In this document: positions 48,801 to 57,838 of the stretch, piece after piece
Layout: each line of letters begins with the position of its first letter
Numbering within the stretch: position 1 is the stretch's first letter
Assembly: GCA_965222575.1 (NCBI GenBank)
Contig: OZ244958.1
Coordinates: forward strand, 1,088,001-1,152,000
Source: Alphaproteobacteria bacterium
GTDB lineage: Bacteria > Pseudomonadota > Alphaproteobacteria > G965222575
Reading direction: 5' to 3'
Length of the DNA: 64,000 nucleotides
Translations under genes and position numbers: made by a program
Notes under the pieces: model-generated
Told to the model about the DNA's origin: nothing
The model's database searches: none
Seen by the model: the letters and a program-made list of their open reading frames with translations, nothing else

Positions 48801-51646
48801 GGCAATCTATTCAGGTTGAAGAATGGTGGCAAAAATGGAAAGCAGCACAGGATTTTTGGTGGTTAAAAACTTGGTTTTGGCGCCACAAAACCAAGAAAGT
48901 TCTCAAATCTTTAACCACACCTTCCGCTAAGAGGAAAAAGTTGAATCCTGAACAGGATCTGAAGATTTTTAGAGATTTGGAAAAATATGGTAAGAAAATT
49001 AGGGAAATAGGAGAAAATCTTAGCCACCTGCCTATCTGGGCTGGATTTGAAACAGATATGGAACACTTAGGAAATACCTTGGTTATTGCAAACAAGCTTC
49101 AAATAGTAGTCAATAATCTTTATGGAGATAGAGTGATACTCCAGAAATTCAAACAGCGGTTGCAAGAATTTGTGAAAAAACATAAAGAATTTCTAAGAGA
49201 AGATGTATCTTTTGGCCGAGCCTTAAAATGTGTTATTGAATCGCAAAAACACTATAAAGAAAATTTCGAGAGCCTGTCTAGACTCACAGATAACAGTAAG
49301 CTTTTTTCTTCTAATGAAGATACTCTTGGAACAGTGATTGATGGTTGCGAAGCCATTTTAGGTTCAAGCGGAGAATTGAGAAAATGGTGTCTTTGGCAAA
49401 CGGCATACAAGAAAGCAAAGAACAAGGAACTTAAGCCTCTATTAGATGTATTAGAAAAAGGCAATGTGCAACCTAAGGATCTAGAGAAAGCTTTTGAAGT
49501 TGGATATAGTAATTGGTGGGTTCGCAAGAAAATTGACCAAGATGATGTTCTCAAAACTTTTGATTCTGATTTACATGAAGAGAAAATTAGACAATTCAGA
49601 AAGCTTGATGAAGATGTTAGAGAGCTAACACCTGAGCATCTAAAGCAACAGAGCAAAATTCCTGAAGAAGGAGATGGTAATCTTAAAAAAGAAAAAGCGA
49701 TTTTGAACCGCCTTTTTCAACAAAGGCGTCCTCGTATGGCTGTAAGACGCTTGATGGACGAGTGTCCTAATGAGCTGAGACGTCTTACCCCATGTTTTTT
49801 AATGAGTCCTCTTTCTGTTGTGCAGTATTTGCCAGCAGATATGGAGACATTTGATGTTGTGATTTTTGATGAAGCATCACAAATTACTCCTTGGGATGCT
49901 ATTGGCTCTATATCACGTGGAAGACAGACAATTGTAGTAGGAGATAATAAACAAATGCCTCCAACTAACCTTTTTAATCGTGCCGATGCTGAATCAGAGG
50001 ATGAATCAGAGGATGATGAGGGAGACTTAGAAAGTATTCTAGAAGAAATGATAGCGGCAGGAGTACCTAAGAAAACACTATCTTGCCACTATCGTTCTAA
50101 ACATGAATCTCTCATTATTTTTTCAAACAAAAAATACTATGAGGGGGAGTTGATAACCTTTCCATCACCAGAGATTAAGGGTGATGCTGTAAAACTTGTT
50201 TTTGTTGAAAACGCCATTTATGAAAACCAAAAGAACCGTAAAGAAGCAAATACTATTGTTGCAGAAGTTATGCGCCGCCTTGAAGACCCAGAGCAAACAA
50301 AAAGCATCGGTATCGTTACGTTTAATAAAAAACAGCAAGACCTCATCGAAGAACTACTTGAGCATGAGATCGAGAAGAAGAGGCACTCTTTTCCTAACAT
50401 AATGCAGTACTTTAGTAATGAGAAAGTTGAGCCTGTTTTTGTCAAAAACTTAGAGTCTGTTCAAGGAGATGAGCGTGATGTCATTTTGCTCTCTGTCACC
50501 CGTGCTCCTGATAATAGGACAGGAAAAGTCCATATGCAATTTGGTCCTTTGAACCAAGATGGAGGACATAAACGGCTTAATGTGGCGATAACCCGTGCGC
50601 GGGAGGAGATGTTGGTATTTTCTTCTATTAAGTCAGGTGATATAGATCTATCTCGTATACAAGCACAAGCAAGAGGAGTGAAGGATCTGAAATATTTTCT
50701 GGAATATGCTGAATGTGGTCGAGAAGTGCTAGGATTACGCCCTCCAGAGTCTGTAGGGGATTATGAGAATGACTTTGAAAAAGCTGTATCTAGAGGCTTA
50801 GAAAATCGTGGTTGGACAGTACATCCCCAGATTGGTGTCTCCCGATATCGTATAGATATAGGGATTATTAATCCGAATAATAATAATGACTATTTAGTTG
50901 GAATCGAGTGTGATGGGGCATCATACCATAGTTCAGCAACTGCCCGTGATAGGGATAAGATACGGGAAGAGGTACTACGAAGGTTAGGGTGGGATTTACT
51001 GCGGGTTTGGTCGACGGATTTTTTTCATAATCCTGAAGGAGAATTAGATAAGTTGCATACAAAAATCGAAGAAATACGGCTCCATAGGGCAACCGGAAAT
51101 GGACACAAGGAGGTGGTAGAAGTTCCTGTGGAGAAGGGGGCAGATGTGAAGGCAAAGAACAATTACGGCGCAACACGGCTCCATGAGGCAGCCTATAAGG
51201 GACACAACAAGGAGGTGGTGGAAGTTCTTGTGGAGAAGGGGGCAGATGTGAATGCAAAGACCAATTACGTCTGGACACCGCTCCATAGGGCAGCCAATAA
51301 TGGACACAAGGAGGAAGTGGCATTCCTTGTGGAGAAGGGGGCAGATGTGAATGCACAGGACGAGGTCGGCGAGACACCGCTCCATAGGGCAGCCTCATGG
51401 GGACACAAGGAGGAAGTGGCATTCCTTGTGGAGAAGGGGGCAGATGTGAATGCAAAGAACAATTACGGCTGGACACCCCTCCATCTGGCAAGCTCGAATG
51501 GATACAAAGAGATGGTGGCATTCCTAGTGGAGAAGGGGGCAAATGTGAAGGCAAAGACCAAGGACGGCGATACACCGCTCCATTGGGCAACCGCTAAGGG
51601 GTACAAGGAGGTAGTGGCGTATCTCATAAGCAAGGGGGCGCTATAA
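45839..51646 (+). CDS. DUF4011 + SF1 (UPF1-like) helicase + Vsr/MTES-like nuclease defence protein (HheA-like) fused to C-terminal ankyrin repeats
   Basis: TCLD..HAF transglutaminase-like N-terminus; W..KLLDLTLRNPL; GPPGTGKS; DEASQ; VGD.KQMPP; QGDERD; RLNVAITRA; IECDGASYH..RDRD; ankyrin repeats from about 51077. Confidence 0.9.
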   Translation: MTIDSLTRQISKQQQSSDFELKIEIAPNINFACHQNSIPFIENISILNSSSSMFENLELKMEASPNFIKPRTWHLEKLLSGQEIEIPKEKLDLELEGDFLFNLKESIKGNISFLLYQEDNTHVAAKSLKTTALARNEWGGYGFYPEILAAFSMPNDEAVDKLLHQATKILQDSGKTKTIKGYEDANRKDVWLYASAIWSALQTWESSYSYPPKSFECTGQKIRSPSTIFETQRATCLDTSMLFCAALEQANLNPIVILKKDHAFVGLWMIDESFSDVVNKDVVDLRKRIDLNDILVFETTFITNRPPLPFKKAIEEGKQHTEEEGEFVVAIDIKQARNKRVTPLDFAKSDLRTREEPRKQEENISLDDAPDDLEDISKIEIPEASKSPKDRLEKWQQKLLDLTLRNPLINFRSTTRNITSIVCPSPAKLEDIIASGKTINIQPLPVDIIEQRQDIHKAKTGAFLEKEVALKGLDKNQPVMYVREDKDTLQKRLIGLFRAANHDLKEGGVNTLFLALGFLVWKREKDKKKCRAPLILLPVELKRASVVSRPQMVSNGENTSFNKTLLEMLKRDFSVPIPGLDKELPADDSGVDLGKIWNIVRLGVKDIEGFEVKEDIALGRFFFSKYLMWKELVDRTDDLKKNPVVRLLLEGKSDVYKQNLAFPKEKSLDESYSPKNIFTPLSADSSQLSCIIAAQEGKDFIIIGPPGTGKSQTICNIITHLIGHGKTILFLAEKVAALNMVYKRLKDNKLGHFCLEIHSNKANKKHVLNQLESASLREEDCTLRNGWQIKTSSLQEYRDKLGQHLKSLHTKHKNGMTIYEAMGKALQKNSHIDLSFSSVDQHTEEDIQELRQIVGELKTLAENNKEYYEKGSYHPFDFIKKEEWSEKWKQEICDLADDLKSHAEKFHKDIKEVLGHFDWGDKLLSFQQSNELVNLANILLNLERTEPDFVLGPCGYQDYENLEKGRDLLEQYCSKTRDLSVLYKPHAWQSIQVEEWWQKWKAAQDFWWLKTWFWRHKTKKVLKSLTTPSAKRKKLNPEQDLKIFRDLEKYGKKIREIGENLSHLPIWAGFETDMEHLGNTLVIANKLQIVVNNLYGDRVILQKFKQRLQEFVKKHKEFLREDVSFGRALKCVIESQKHYKENFESLSRLTDNSKLFSSNEDTLGTVIDGCEAILGSSGELRKWCLWQTAYKKAKNKELKPLLDVLEKGNVQPKDLEKAFEVGYSNWWVRKKIDQDDVLKTFDSDLHEEKIRQFRKLDEDVRELTPEHLKQQSKIPEEGDGNLKKEKAILNRLFQQRRPRMAVRRLMDECPNELRRLTPCFLMSPLSVVQYLPADMETFDVVIFDEASQITPWDAIGSISRGRQTIVVGDNKQMPPTNLFNRADAESEDESEDDEGDLESILEEMIAAGVPKKTLSCHYRSKHESLIIFSNKKYYEGELITFPSPEIKGDAVKLVFVENAIYENQKNRKEANTIVAEVMRRLEDPEQTKSIGIVTFNKKQQDLIEELLEHEIEKKRHSFPNIMQYFSNEKVEPVFVKNLESVQGDERDVILLSVTRAPDNRTGKVHMQFGPLNQDGGHKRLNVAITRAREEMLVFSSIKSGDIDLSRIQAQARGVKDLKYFLEYAECGREVLGLRPPESVGDYENDFEKAVSRGLENRGWTVHPQIGVSRYRIDIGIINPNNNNDYLVGIECDGASYHSSATARDRDKIREEVLRRLGWDLLRVWSTDFFHNPEGELDKLHTKIEEIRLHRATGNGHKEVVEVPVEKGADVKAKNNYGATRLHEAAYKGHNKEVVEVLVEKGADVNAKTNYVWTPLHRAANNGHKEEVAFLVEKGADVNAQDEVGETPLHRAASWGHKEEVAFLVEKGADVNAKNNYGWTPLHLASSNGYKEMVAFLVEKGANVKAKTKDGDTPLHWATAKGYKEVVAYLISKGAL

Positions 51647-53200
51647 ATCTAGCCTTTGTGTCTTAAGGCTTGACTTGACAGGAGACCCAAGAGAGTGATA
51701 CCCTGAGGGTATGACAATGTGCTTTCGTATTTTTATAACAGTCTATATAGGGACGTTTATTGGTGTCGTCCTTATTGGGGCATCTTTTCTCTTCATGAAA
51801 GATAAAAAGGACGAGGAGGGGCACTGGAAGATGGTGGCGTTCTTTGTAGAGAAGGGGGCAAATGTGAATGCACAGGACAAGGACGGCACAACCCTTCTCC
51901 ATAAGGTAGCCTCTGATAGGCACAAGGAGGAAGTGAATGCACAGAGTACGCACGGTGCAACCCCACTCCATCTAGCAGCCTTAGAGGGGAAAAAGGAGGT
52001 AGTAGAGTTCTTAGTAGAGAAGGGGGTAGATGTGAATGCACAGGACAATACCGGTGCAACACCGCTCCATAAAGCAGCTCAGGGTGGACACAAGGAGGTC
52101 GTGGCATTCCTAGTGGAGAAGGGGGCGGATGTGAATGCAAATGACGACAGGTACGGCTGGACACCGCTCCATAAAGCAGCCGAGGGTGCACACAAGGAGG
52201 TAGTAGAGTTCTTAGTAGAGAAGGGGGCAAACATCCACGCAAAGGACGACAAGTACGGCTATACACCGCTCCATCTGGCAGCCTTTAATGGGCACAAGGA
52301 GGTAGCAGAGCTCTTGTTAGAGAAGGGGACAAAAATCAATACAGAGAACAAGTACGGCTATATACCGCTCCATTTAGCAGCCTATATGGGACACAAGGAG
52401 GTAGCAGAGTTCTTGTTGGAGAAGGGGGCAAATGTGAATGCACAGGACAAGGACGGCTATACACCGCTCCATCTGGCAGCCGATAAGGGACACAAGGAGG
52501 TATTGGTATTCCTAGTGAAGGCAGGGGCAGATATCAATATCAAGAACAGCAAGGACGGCAATACACCGCTCCATATGGTAGCTTATATGGGATACAAGGA
52601 GATTGTGGAGTTCTTTGTAGAAGCGGGGGCAGATGTGAAGGCACAGAACAAGAACGGCAAGACACCGCTCTATTGGACAGAGGAGATATTTAAAAAAACA
52701 ACAGATGAAGAAAAAAAGAAGCGCCTCTCTGAGGTGATAGAGTATCTGAAAAGCAAAGATAAGTTTGATAAAACCTCCCCTCCTAAGACTAAGCCTACGC
52801 CTAAGCCTCGCTCTAGGCAACCCGATCTTTCAGCAAGTGAAAGCCGCTCTTCTCACGTACCCCCGGACCCTATAAAGGAAAATCATCGTGCGTTAGAGAT
52901 AAGTCAGCACAGTAAGCAAATGTCGGAGATGAAAAAGGAAAGGGCAGATGAAGAAAAAAAGAAGCGCCTCTCTGAGGTGATAGCGTATCTGAAAAGCAAG
53001 GGGGCGCAATAAATCTTGCCTTTGTGCGTTAGGGGCTTGACTTGACAGGAGACCCGAGAGAGTTATACCCTGAGGGCATGACAATACGCTTTCGTGTTAT
53101 TATAGCAGTCTGTATAGGGGTACTTGCTGGTGTCGTGTTTATTGGGGCAATAGAGACGTTTATTGGTCTCGTGCTTATTGGGGCATTTTTTCTATTCACG
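51644..53200 (+). repeat. Duplicated intergenic plus N-terminal block (51644-51790 versus 53010-53190)
   Basis: ggcttgacttgacaggagaccc.agagagt.ataccctgaggg.atgacaat occurs twice. Confidence 0.9.
51711..53012 (+). CDS. Membrane-anchored ankyrin repeat protein
   Basis: N-terminal hydrophobic helix; repeated G.TPLH.AA..GHKEV..FLVEKGA.VN. Confidence 0.93.
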   Translation: MTMCFRIFITVYIGTFIGVVLIGASFLFMKDKKDEEGHWKMVAFFVEKGANVNAQDKDGTTLLHKVASDRHKEEVNAQSTHGATPLHLAALEGKKEVVEFLVEKGVDVNAQDNTGATPLHKAAQGGHKEVVAFLVEKGADVNANDDRYGWTPLHKAAEGAHKEVVEFLVEKGANIHAKDDKYGYTPLHLAAFNGHKEVAELLLEKGTKINTENKYGYIPLHLAAYMGHKEVAEFLLEKGANVNAQDKDGYTPLHLAADKGHKEVLVFLVKAGADINIKNSKDGNTPLHMVAYMGYKEIVEFFVEAGADVKAQNKNGKTPLYWTEEIFKKTTDEEKKKRLSEVIEYLKSKDKFDKTSPPKTKPTPKPRSRQPDLSASESRSSHVPPDPIKENHRALEISQHSKQMSEMKKERADEEKKKRLSEVIAYLKSKGAQ

Positions 53201-54826
53201 TATAATCGGCAACTGGTGTTTGTAAAAACGCTTTTAGAGAGCGGTACACTTGATAAACAGGACGAGGACGGCACAACCCCACTCCACAGAGCGGTCATGG
53301 CTGGACAGTTAGTCAGGGCGCGCCTGTTAGTTGAGGCAGGGGCTAATGTGAATGCAAAGGACAAGGACGGCACAACCCTTCTCCATAAGGTAGCTGATAA
53401 GGGAGATAAAGAGGTGGTGACATTCCTATTGGAGAAGGGGGCTGATGTGAATGCACAGGACAACAACGGCTTTACACCGCTCCATGAGGCAGCATTTTGG
53501 GGACATAAGGCAGTAGCGGAGGTTCTTGTGGAAAAGGGGGCAGATGTGAATACAAAAAACAAGGACGGCACAACCCTTCTCCATAAGGCAGCAGCTAGAC
53601 ATGGACACAAGGAGATTGTGGTGTTCCTAGTGGAGAAGGGGGCTGATATCAATACAAAAAACAAGGACGGCAGGACACCGCTCCATGAGGCAGCATTTTG
53701 GGGACATAAGGCAGTAGCGGAGGTTCTTGTGGAGAAGGGGGCTGATGTGAATGCAAAGGACGAGGACGGCACAACACCGCTCTATATGGCAGCCTATGAG
53801 GGGCGCAAGGAGGTAATGGAGTTCCTTGTAGCGAAGGGGGCGGATGTAAATGCAAAGGACAAGGACGGCACAACCCTTCTCCATAAGGCAGCTAGACATG
53901 GACACAAGGAGATTGTGGTGTTCCTAGTGGAGAAGGGGGCAGATGTGAATGCACAGGACAAGGACGGCGAGACACCGCTCCATAGGGCAGCCACCCTTAG
54001 GCACAAGGAGATAGTGGAGATTCTGGTGCATGCGGAGGCGGATATTGAGGCACTGGACGAGGACGGCTGGACACCGCTCCATTGGGCAGCTAGACATGGA
54101 CACAAGGAGGTAGTGGCGTTCCTAGTGGAGAAAGGGGCTAATGTGAATACAAAGGACAAGGGCAGCACAACCCTTCTCCATTCTGTAGCCGCTAAGGGGC
54201 ACTGGAAGATGGTGGAGTTTCTAGTGGAGAAGGGAGCAGATGTGAATGCAAAGGACAAGTACGGCTATACACTGCTCCATATGGTAGCCTTTAATGGGTA
54301 CAAGGAGGTAGTGGAAGTTCTTGTGAAGGCAGGGGCAGATATCAATATCAAGGACAGCAAGGACGGCTGGACACCGCTCCATTTTGCAGCCTCTAAGGGA
54401 CACAAGGAGATAGTGGAAGTTCTTGTGGAAGCGGGGGCAGATGTGAATGCAGTAGTGGAAGTTCTTGTGAAGGCAGGGGCAGATATCAATATCAAGGAAA
54501 GCAAGTACGGCGCAACACCGCTCCATTTGGCAACCGGTAATGGACACAAAGAAGTGGTGGAGTTCCTAGTGGAGAAGGGGGCATATGTGAATGCACAGGA
54601 CAAGGACGGCAAGACGACACCGCTCCATTGGGCAGCCGGTAAGGGACACAAGGAGATTGTGGAGGTTCTAGTGAAGGCAGGGGCATATGTGAATGCACAG
54701 AACAAGTACGGCGAGACACCGCTCCATATAGCAGAGCAAGCATTAAAAGAAACAACAAACGAAGAAAAAAAGAAGCGCTTAAAAGAGGTGATAGCGTATC
54801 TTATAAGCAAGGGTGGGCAGCAATAA
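53078..54826 (+). CDS. Membrane-anchored ankyrin repeat protein (about 15 repeats)
   Basis: Same repeat consensus; start moved to ATG 53078 by homology with 51711. Confidence 0.93.
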   Translation: MTIRFRVIIAVCIGVLAGVVFIGAIETFIGLVLIGAFFLFTYNRQLVFVKTLLESGTLDKQDEDGTTPLHRAVMAGQLVRARLLVEAGANVNAKDKDGTTLLHKVADKGDKEVVTFLLEKGADVNAQDNNGFTPLHEAAFWGHKAVAEVLVEKGADVNTKNKDGTTLLHKAAARHGHKEIVVFLVEKGADINTKNKDGRTPLHEAAFWGHKAVAEVLVEKGADVNAKDEDGTTPLYMAAYEGRKEVMEFLVAKGADVNAKDKDGTTLLHKAARHGHKEIVVFLVEKGADVNAQDKDGETPLHRAATLRHKEIVEILVHAEADIEALDEDGWTPLHWAARHGHKEVVAFLVEKGANVNTKDKGSTTLLHSVAAKGHWKMVEFLVEKGADVNAKDKYGYTLLHMVAFNGYKEVVEVLVKAGADINIKDSKDGWTPLHFAASKGHKEIVEVLVEAGADVNAVVEVLVKAGADINIKESKYGATPLHLATGNGHKEVVEFLVEKGAYVNAQDKDGKTTPLHWAAGKGHKEIVEVLVKAGAYVNAQNKYGETPLHIAEQALKETTNEEKKKRLKEVIAYLISKGGQQ

Positions 54827-54999
54827 TTTTGTTAATGATGATAGGGTATTGAGTCTAAGCACTAGAGTTTAGTCGTAAAAAGTGCCTATTCATTGGCGTT
54901 AAGGTTTTAGGGAAAATTATTGATTGTGTATTTCTGCATAAGGATTTATTATGTAGATATCAATCTTGTACTCTTTTAAGAAAACAGGTTAGTGAGAAG

Positions 55000-55236
55000 A
55001 TGAATATTTACGATATAGAAGAAGAGTTATTATCAACGTGTGCTCATACGCAAGAGGTTGTTGATAGGTTATATGCTTTGTTGTTGTCACTTAAGGAGAA
55101 GTCTAGTGATGAGAAGAAAGATGGGGTACATGAGGTTAATATGATAATGATGATTTTATTAGAGAATCTTCAATACCTTGATGCGCATTTTGAGAAAGCC
55201 TATAAGGAAGCGCATAAGTTACAGCCTAATCACTAG
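55000..55236 (+). CDS. Small helical hypothetical protein, paralog of 37994-38239
   Basis: Shared sequence pattern and similar length. Confidence 0.75.
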   Translation: MNIYDIEEELLSTCAHTQEVVDRLYALLLSLKEKSSDEKKDGVHEVNMIMMILLENLQYLDAHFEKAYKEAHKLQPNH

Positions 55237-55286
55237 TGCAAGGGCTATCCCTCTGAGGTATAGAGAAGAGACCTTGTACAAAGGAG

Positions 55287-55493
55287 GTGAAGAAGGTTAA
55301 GAACCCTATTGTTGGAACCAATATAGAGTGTCCTGTATGGCTCTCTCCAGAGCAAGCAGCAGAGTATCTAGGGGTGAAGCGCCGTACTCTATGGGATTTG
55401 AAGTATGCAGGGAAAGGCCCCCCATACAGCAAGATAGGCAATCGCATTCGCTATACCCTAGACGATATCAAAGCCTTTGCTCAGGCAAGGTAG
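55287..55493 (+). CDS. Excisionase/AlpA-like HTH protein
   Basis: LSPEQAAEYLGV...TL......GKGPPY.KIG..IRY...D; GGAG RBS. Confidence 0.85.
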   Translation: MKKVKNPIVGTNIECPVWLSPEQAAEYLGVKRRTLWDLKYAGKGPPYSKIGNRIRYTLDDIKAFAQAR

Positions 55494-55707
55494 ATATATC
55501 CTAGTTGTATTAGTTATTGAGAAGATATTTTAATAGACTTACCTGATTTAAATACAGCCTTAACAAAGGTCTAAGGCGTATCAGAAAATCCTTTACTGAC
55601 ATGGATGAATATCAAGCTTTCCTTTATTATTCCCTTGACGCTCTTCATATTTTTTGTTTTCTTAGTAAGAGGTATGAAGTTCTTCCGTAAGGTGCAGTAA
55701 ATTTATC

Positions 55708-56580
55708 ATGGCAGTTGTAGTTCCTGAAGAAACAATTGAAGTCATATCAAAGATTTATCCTTTGTTTTATAATGTGAGAACAATTTATAAGCTTATAGAG
55801 GAATTGTGTTCTTCTTACCGGTTACCAGATTTTAGTGACGAATACGTCGATAGACAGCTCTCAGGATACGATTTTATACACGAAGACATAGGCATAACTA
55901 CAAGAGAAGACAGACAAGATGCTTTGGGGGGAATTATAAAAAAATTTCTGCTCAGAAATGTTGAGGATGGAGATTTGCAGATTCTTGCAGGATTTATTAA
56001 ACCCTTTATGGAGCAAGAAGTACACCGTGAAAGTAATAGACAAAAGCAAAAGCAAGATCGAAAGAAAATACTGCAGGCTCTTGGACGGGATGAACTGGAG
56101 TATTTAAAAGGTGGGCGTATTAGACCAATAATACAGATACAAGATATTGTCACAAGTGTATCGAATACTTTGCACGAAGCTCTTCCTGAGGGATTTGAAG
56201 AAAGGAAGAAAAAACTAGAAAATGCTTATAACGAAGAGTGGTATGATAATGTGCTCGTGCAAGCAGGAATATTATTAGAAGAAACCTATCTAGAATATGC
56301 TAAAAAGCATGGTATCCCTGCTTGCAAAAATTCATCTCACCTTGCAGAACCAGTACTTGAGCATATGAAGCCTCATCTAAAAAATGTAGATGAGAAATAT
56401 CAGGAGATTTTTCAAGCATTAAGGACTCTTGTAAAAAAAATTAAGGCTTTGAGAGATCAATATGGTGCTCACGGAACGAAAGAACCACAAAAGCCCATAC
56501 CTTCTCATAATGCGGCATTAGTTATGCACGCAGCTTTAACGCTCTCCTCTTACATTTTAGCGTGTAAAGAGGAAATATAG
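55708..56580 (+). CDS. Abortive infection-like protein with a C-terminal Abi_C/HEPN-like domain
   Basis: A..LLE motif and LRDQYGAHG (R-x5-H) followed by A.L...AA. Confidence 0.65.
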   Translation: MAVVVPEETIEVISKIYPLFYNVRTIYKLIEELCSSYRLPDFSDEYVDRQLSGYDFIHEDIGITTREDRQDALGGIIKKFLLRNVEDGDLQILAGFIKPFMEQEVHRESNRQKQKQDRKKILQALGRDELEYLKGGRIRPIIQIQDIVTSVSNTLHEALPEGFEERKKKLENAYNEEWYDNVLVQAGILLEETYLEYAKKHGIPACKNSSHLAEPVLEHMKPHLKNVDEKYQEIFQALRTLVKKIKALRDQYGAHGTKEPQKPIPSHNAALVMHAALTLSSYILACKEEI

Positions 56581-56665
56581 GCATATACGGCACTTCTCTT
56601 CTTCCATTTGAAAACTTCCCTGTGTCCTAGTATCCTGAAGTGTAGGAAAGAAGAGGAGAGGAGGT

Positions 56666-57838
56666 ATGCTCATCCCTTATCAGGCAAAGGTATATTCTCA
56701 TGACTTGACGGCTAAGAAGACAGGCTTTGAGAAAATGCGGGGCTTGGGGGCACAGGAAAAGGCGGTTGTGTTTACAGAATCCGTGCGCACACAAACCTAC
56801 TTGAAGCAGTACTTAGAGCAACAGGGGTATAAGGGGAGGCTTGCACTCTACAATGGTCAAAGCAAAGACCGCCAAGGGGTAATAGAGCAGTTTCAAAAGA
56901 AGGCGCAAGTTCTCATAGCCACAGAGGCAGCAGCGGAAGGGTTAAACTTGCAGTTTTGTTCCCTTGTGATTAACTATGACCTGCCGTGGAATCCCCAGAG
57001 GATAGAGCAACGGATAGGGAGATGTCACCGCTATGGACAAAAATACGATGTTGTGGTGATTAACTTTCTCAATGAGAAGAATGCAGCAGATGGGCGTATT
57101 TATGAACTTTTGTGTCATAAGTTCAAGCTGTTTGATGGAGTGTTTGGAGCGTCTGATGAGATACTAGGGCGTTTAGAGGAGGGCATAGACTTTGAGAGGC
57201 GTATCAATGAGATATTTGAGTCTTGCCGCACAAAAGAAGAAATAGAAGCTGCCTTCAGTGCACTTCAACAAGAACTCTCAGAGCCAATAGGTGAGAAAAT
57301 GGCAAAGGCACGCAAAATCCTACTTGAAGAGTTTGGAGGAGAGGTGGCACAGCACTTTGGGCTGGAGGATATCCAAGCCCGCACAGAAACCCTCCAGCAG
57401 CAGTTCTGGGAAGTCACTAAGCATATTCTCAAGGGGGAGTTTACCTTCAATGATAATCGCCGTGTGTTTGGAGTCTTTAAGCAGGAGGTCTATGAGTATG
57501 AACCGCCTGAGTATACCTTAGGGCGTTCGTTTGCGTATAGACTGGAGGCATTTGATACACCAGAGAAGCCAAAGCACTGGAACTTTATGACCCCAAGAGA
57601 GAAGAGGCAGTGGCGACTGCGTCCCTCTGTGTACACGCCTTCAAGCAAGTTGGGGCAACAGGTCTTAAAGGATGCAAAAGCCTTACCAACCCCGCCTGCC
57701 CACCTTGTCTTTGACGCTAGCGTCTTTGAGTCCTTTGGAGGAGACCTACACGGCACAAAGGGATGGCTGAGGGTTGAGGAGGTCTGTGTAAAGGGAAAGG
57801 AAACAATAGCCTACCTTAAAAACAAGGGAGTGCAGTAA
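56666..57838 (+). pseudogene. SNF2-family helicase with the ATPase N-lobe deleted and an ankyrin-gene-like tail
   Basis: Only C-lobe motifs are present (VFTES..TQ, TEAAAEGLNLQF, NYDLPWNPQRIEQRIGR.HRYGQ); no Walker A/B. Confidence 0.8.

Noticed and set aside
44514-54810. Long minus-strand ORFs opposite the repeat protein, helicase and ankyrin genes
   Set aside because: Antisense shadows of repetitive coding sequence with no motifs.
55516-55527. 12-nt match to the 3' end of spacer 11 (ATTGAGAAGATA)
   Set aside because: The rest of the spacer does not match, and a match this short is plausible by chance in AT-rich DNA. I saw no full self-targeting spacer by eye, but this was not an exhaustive search.
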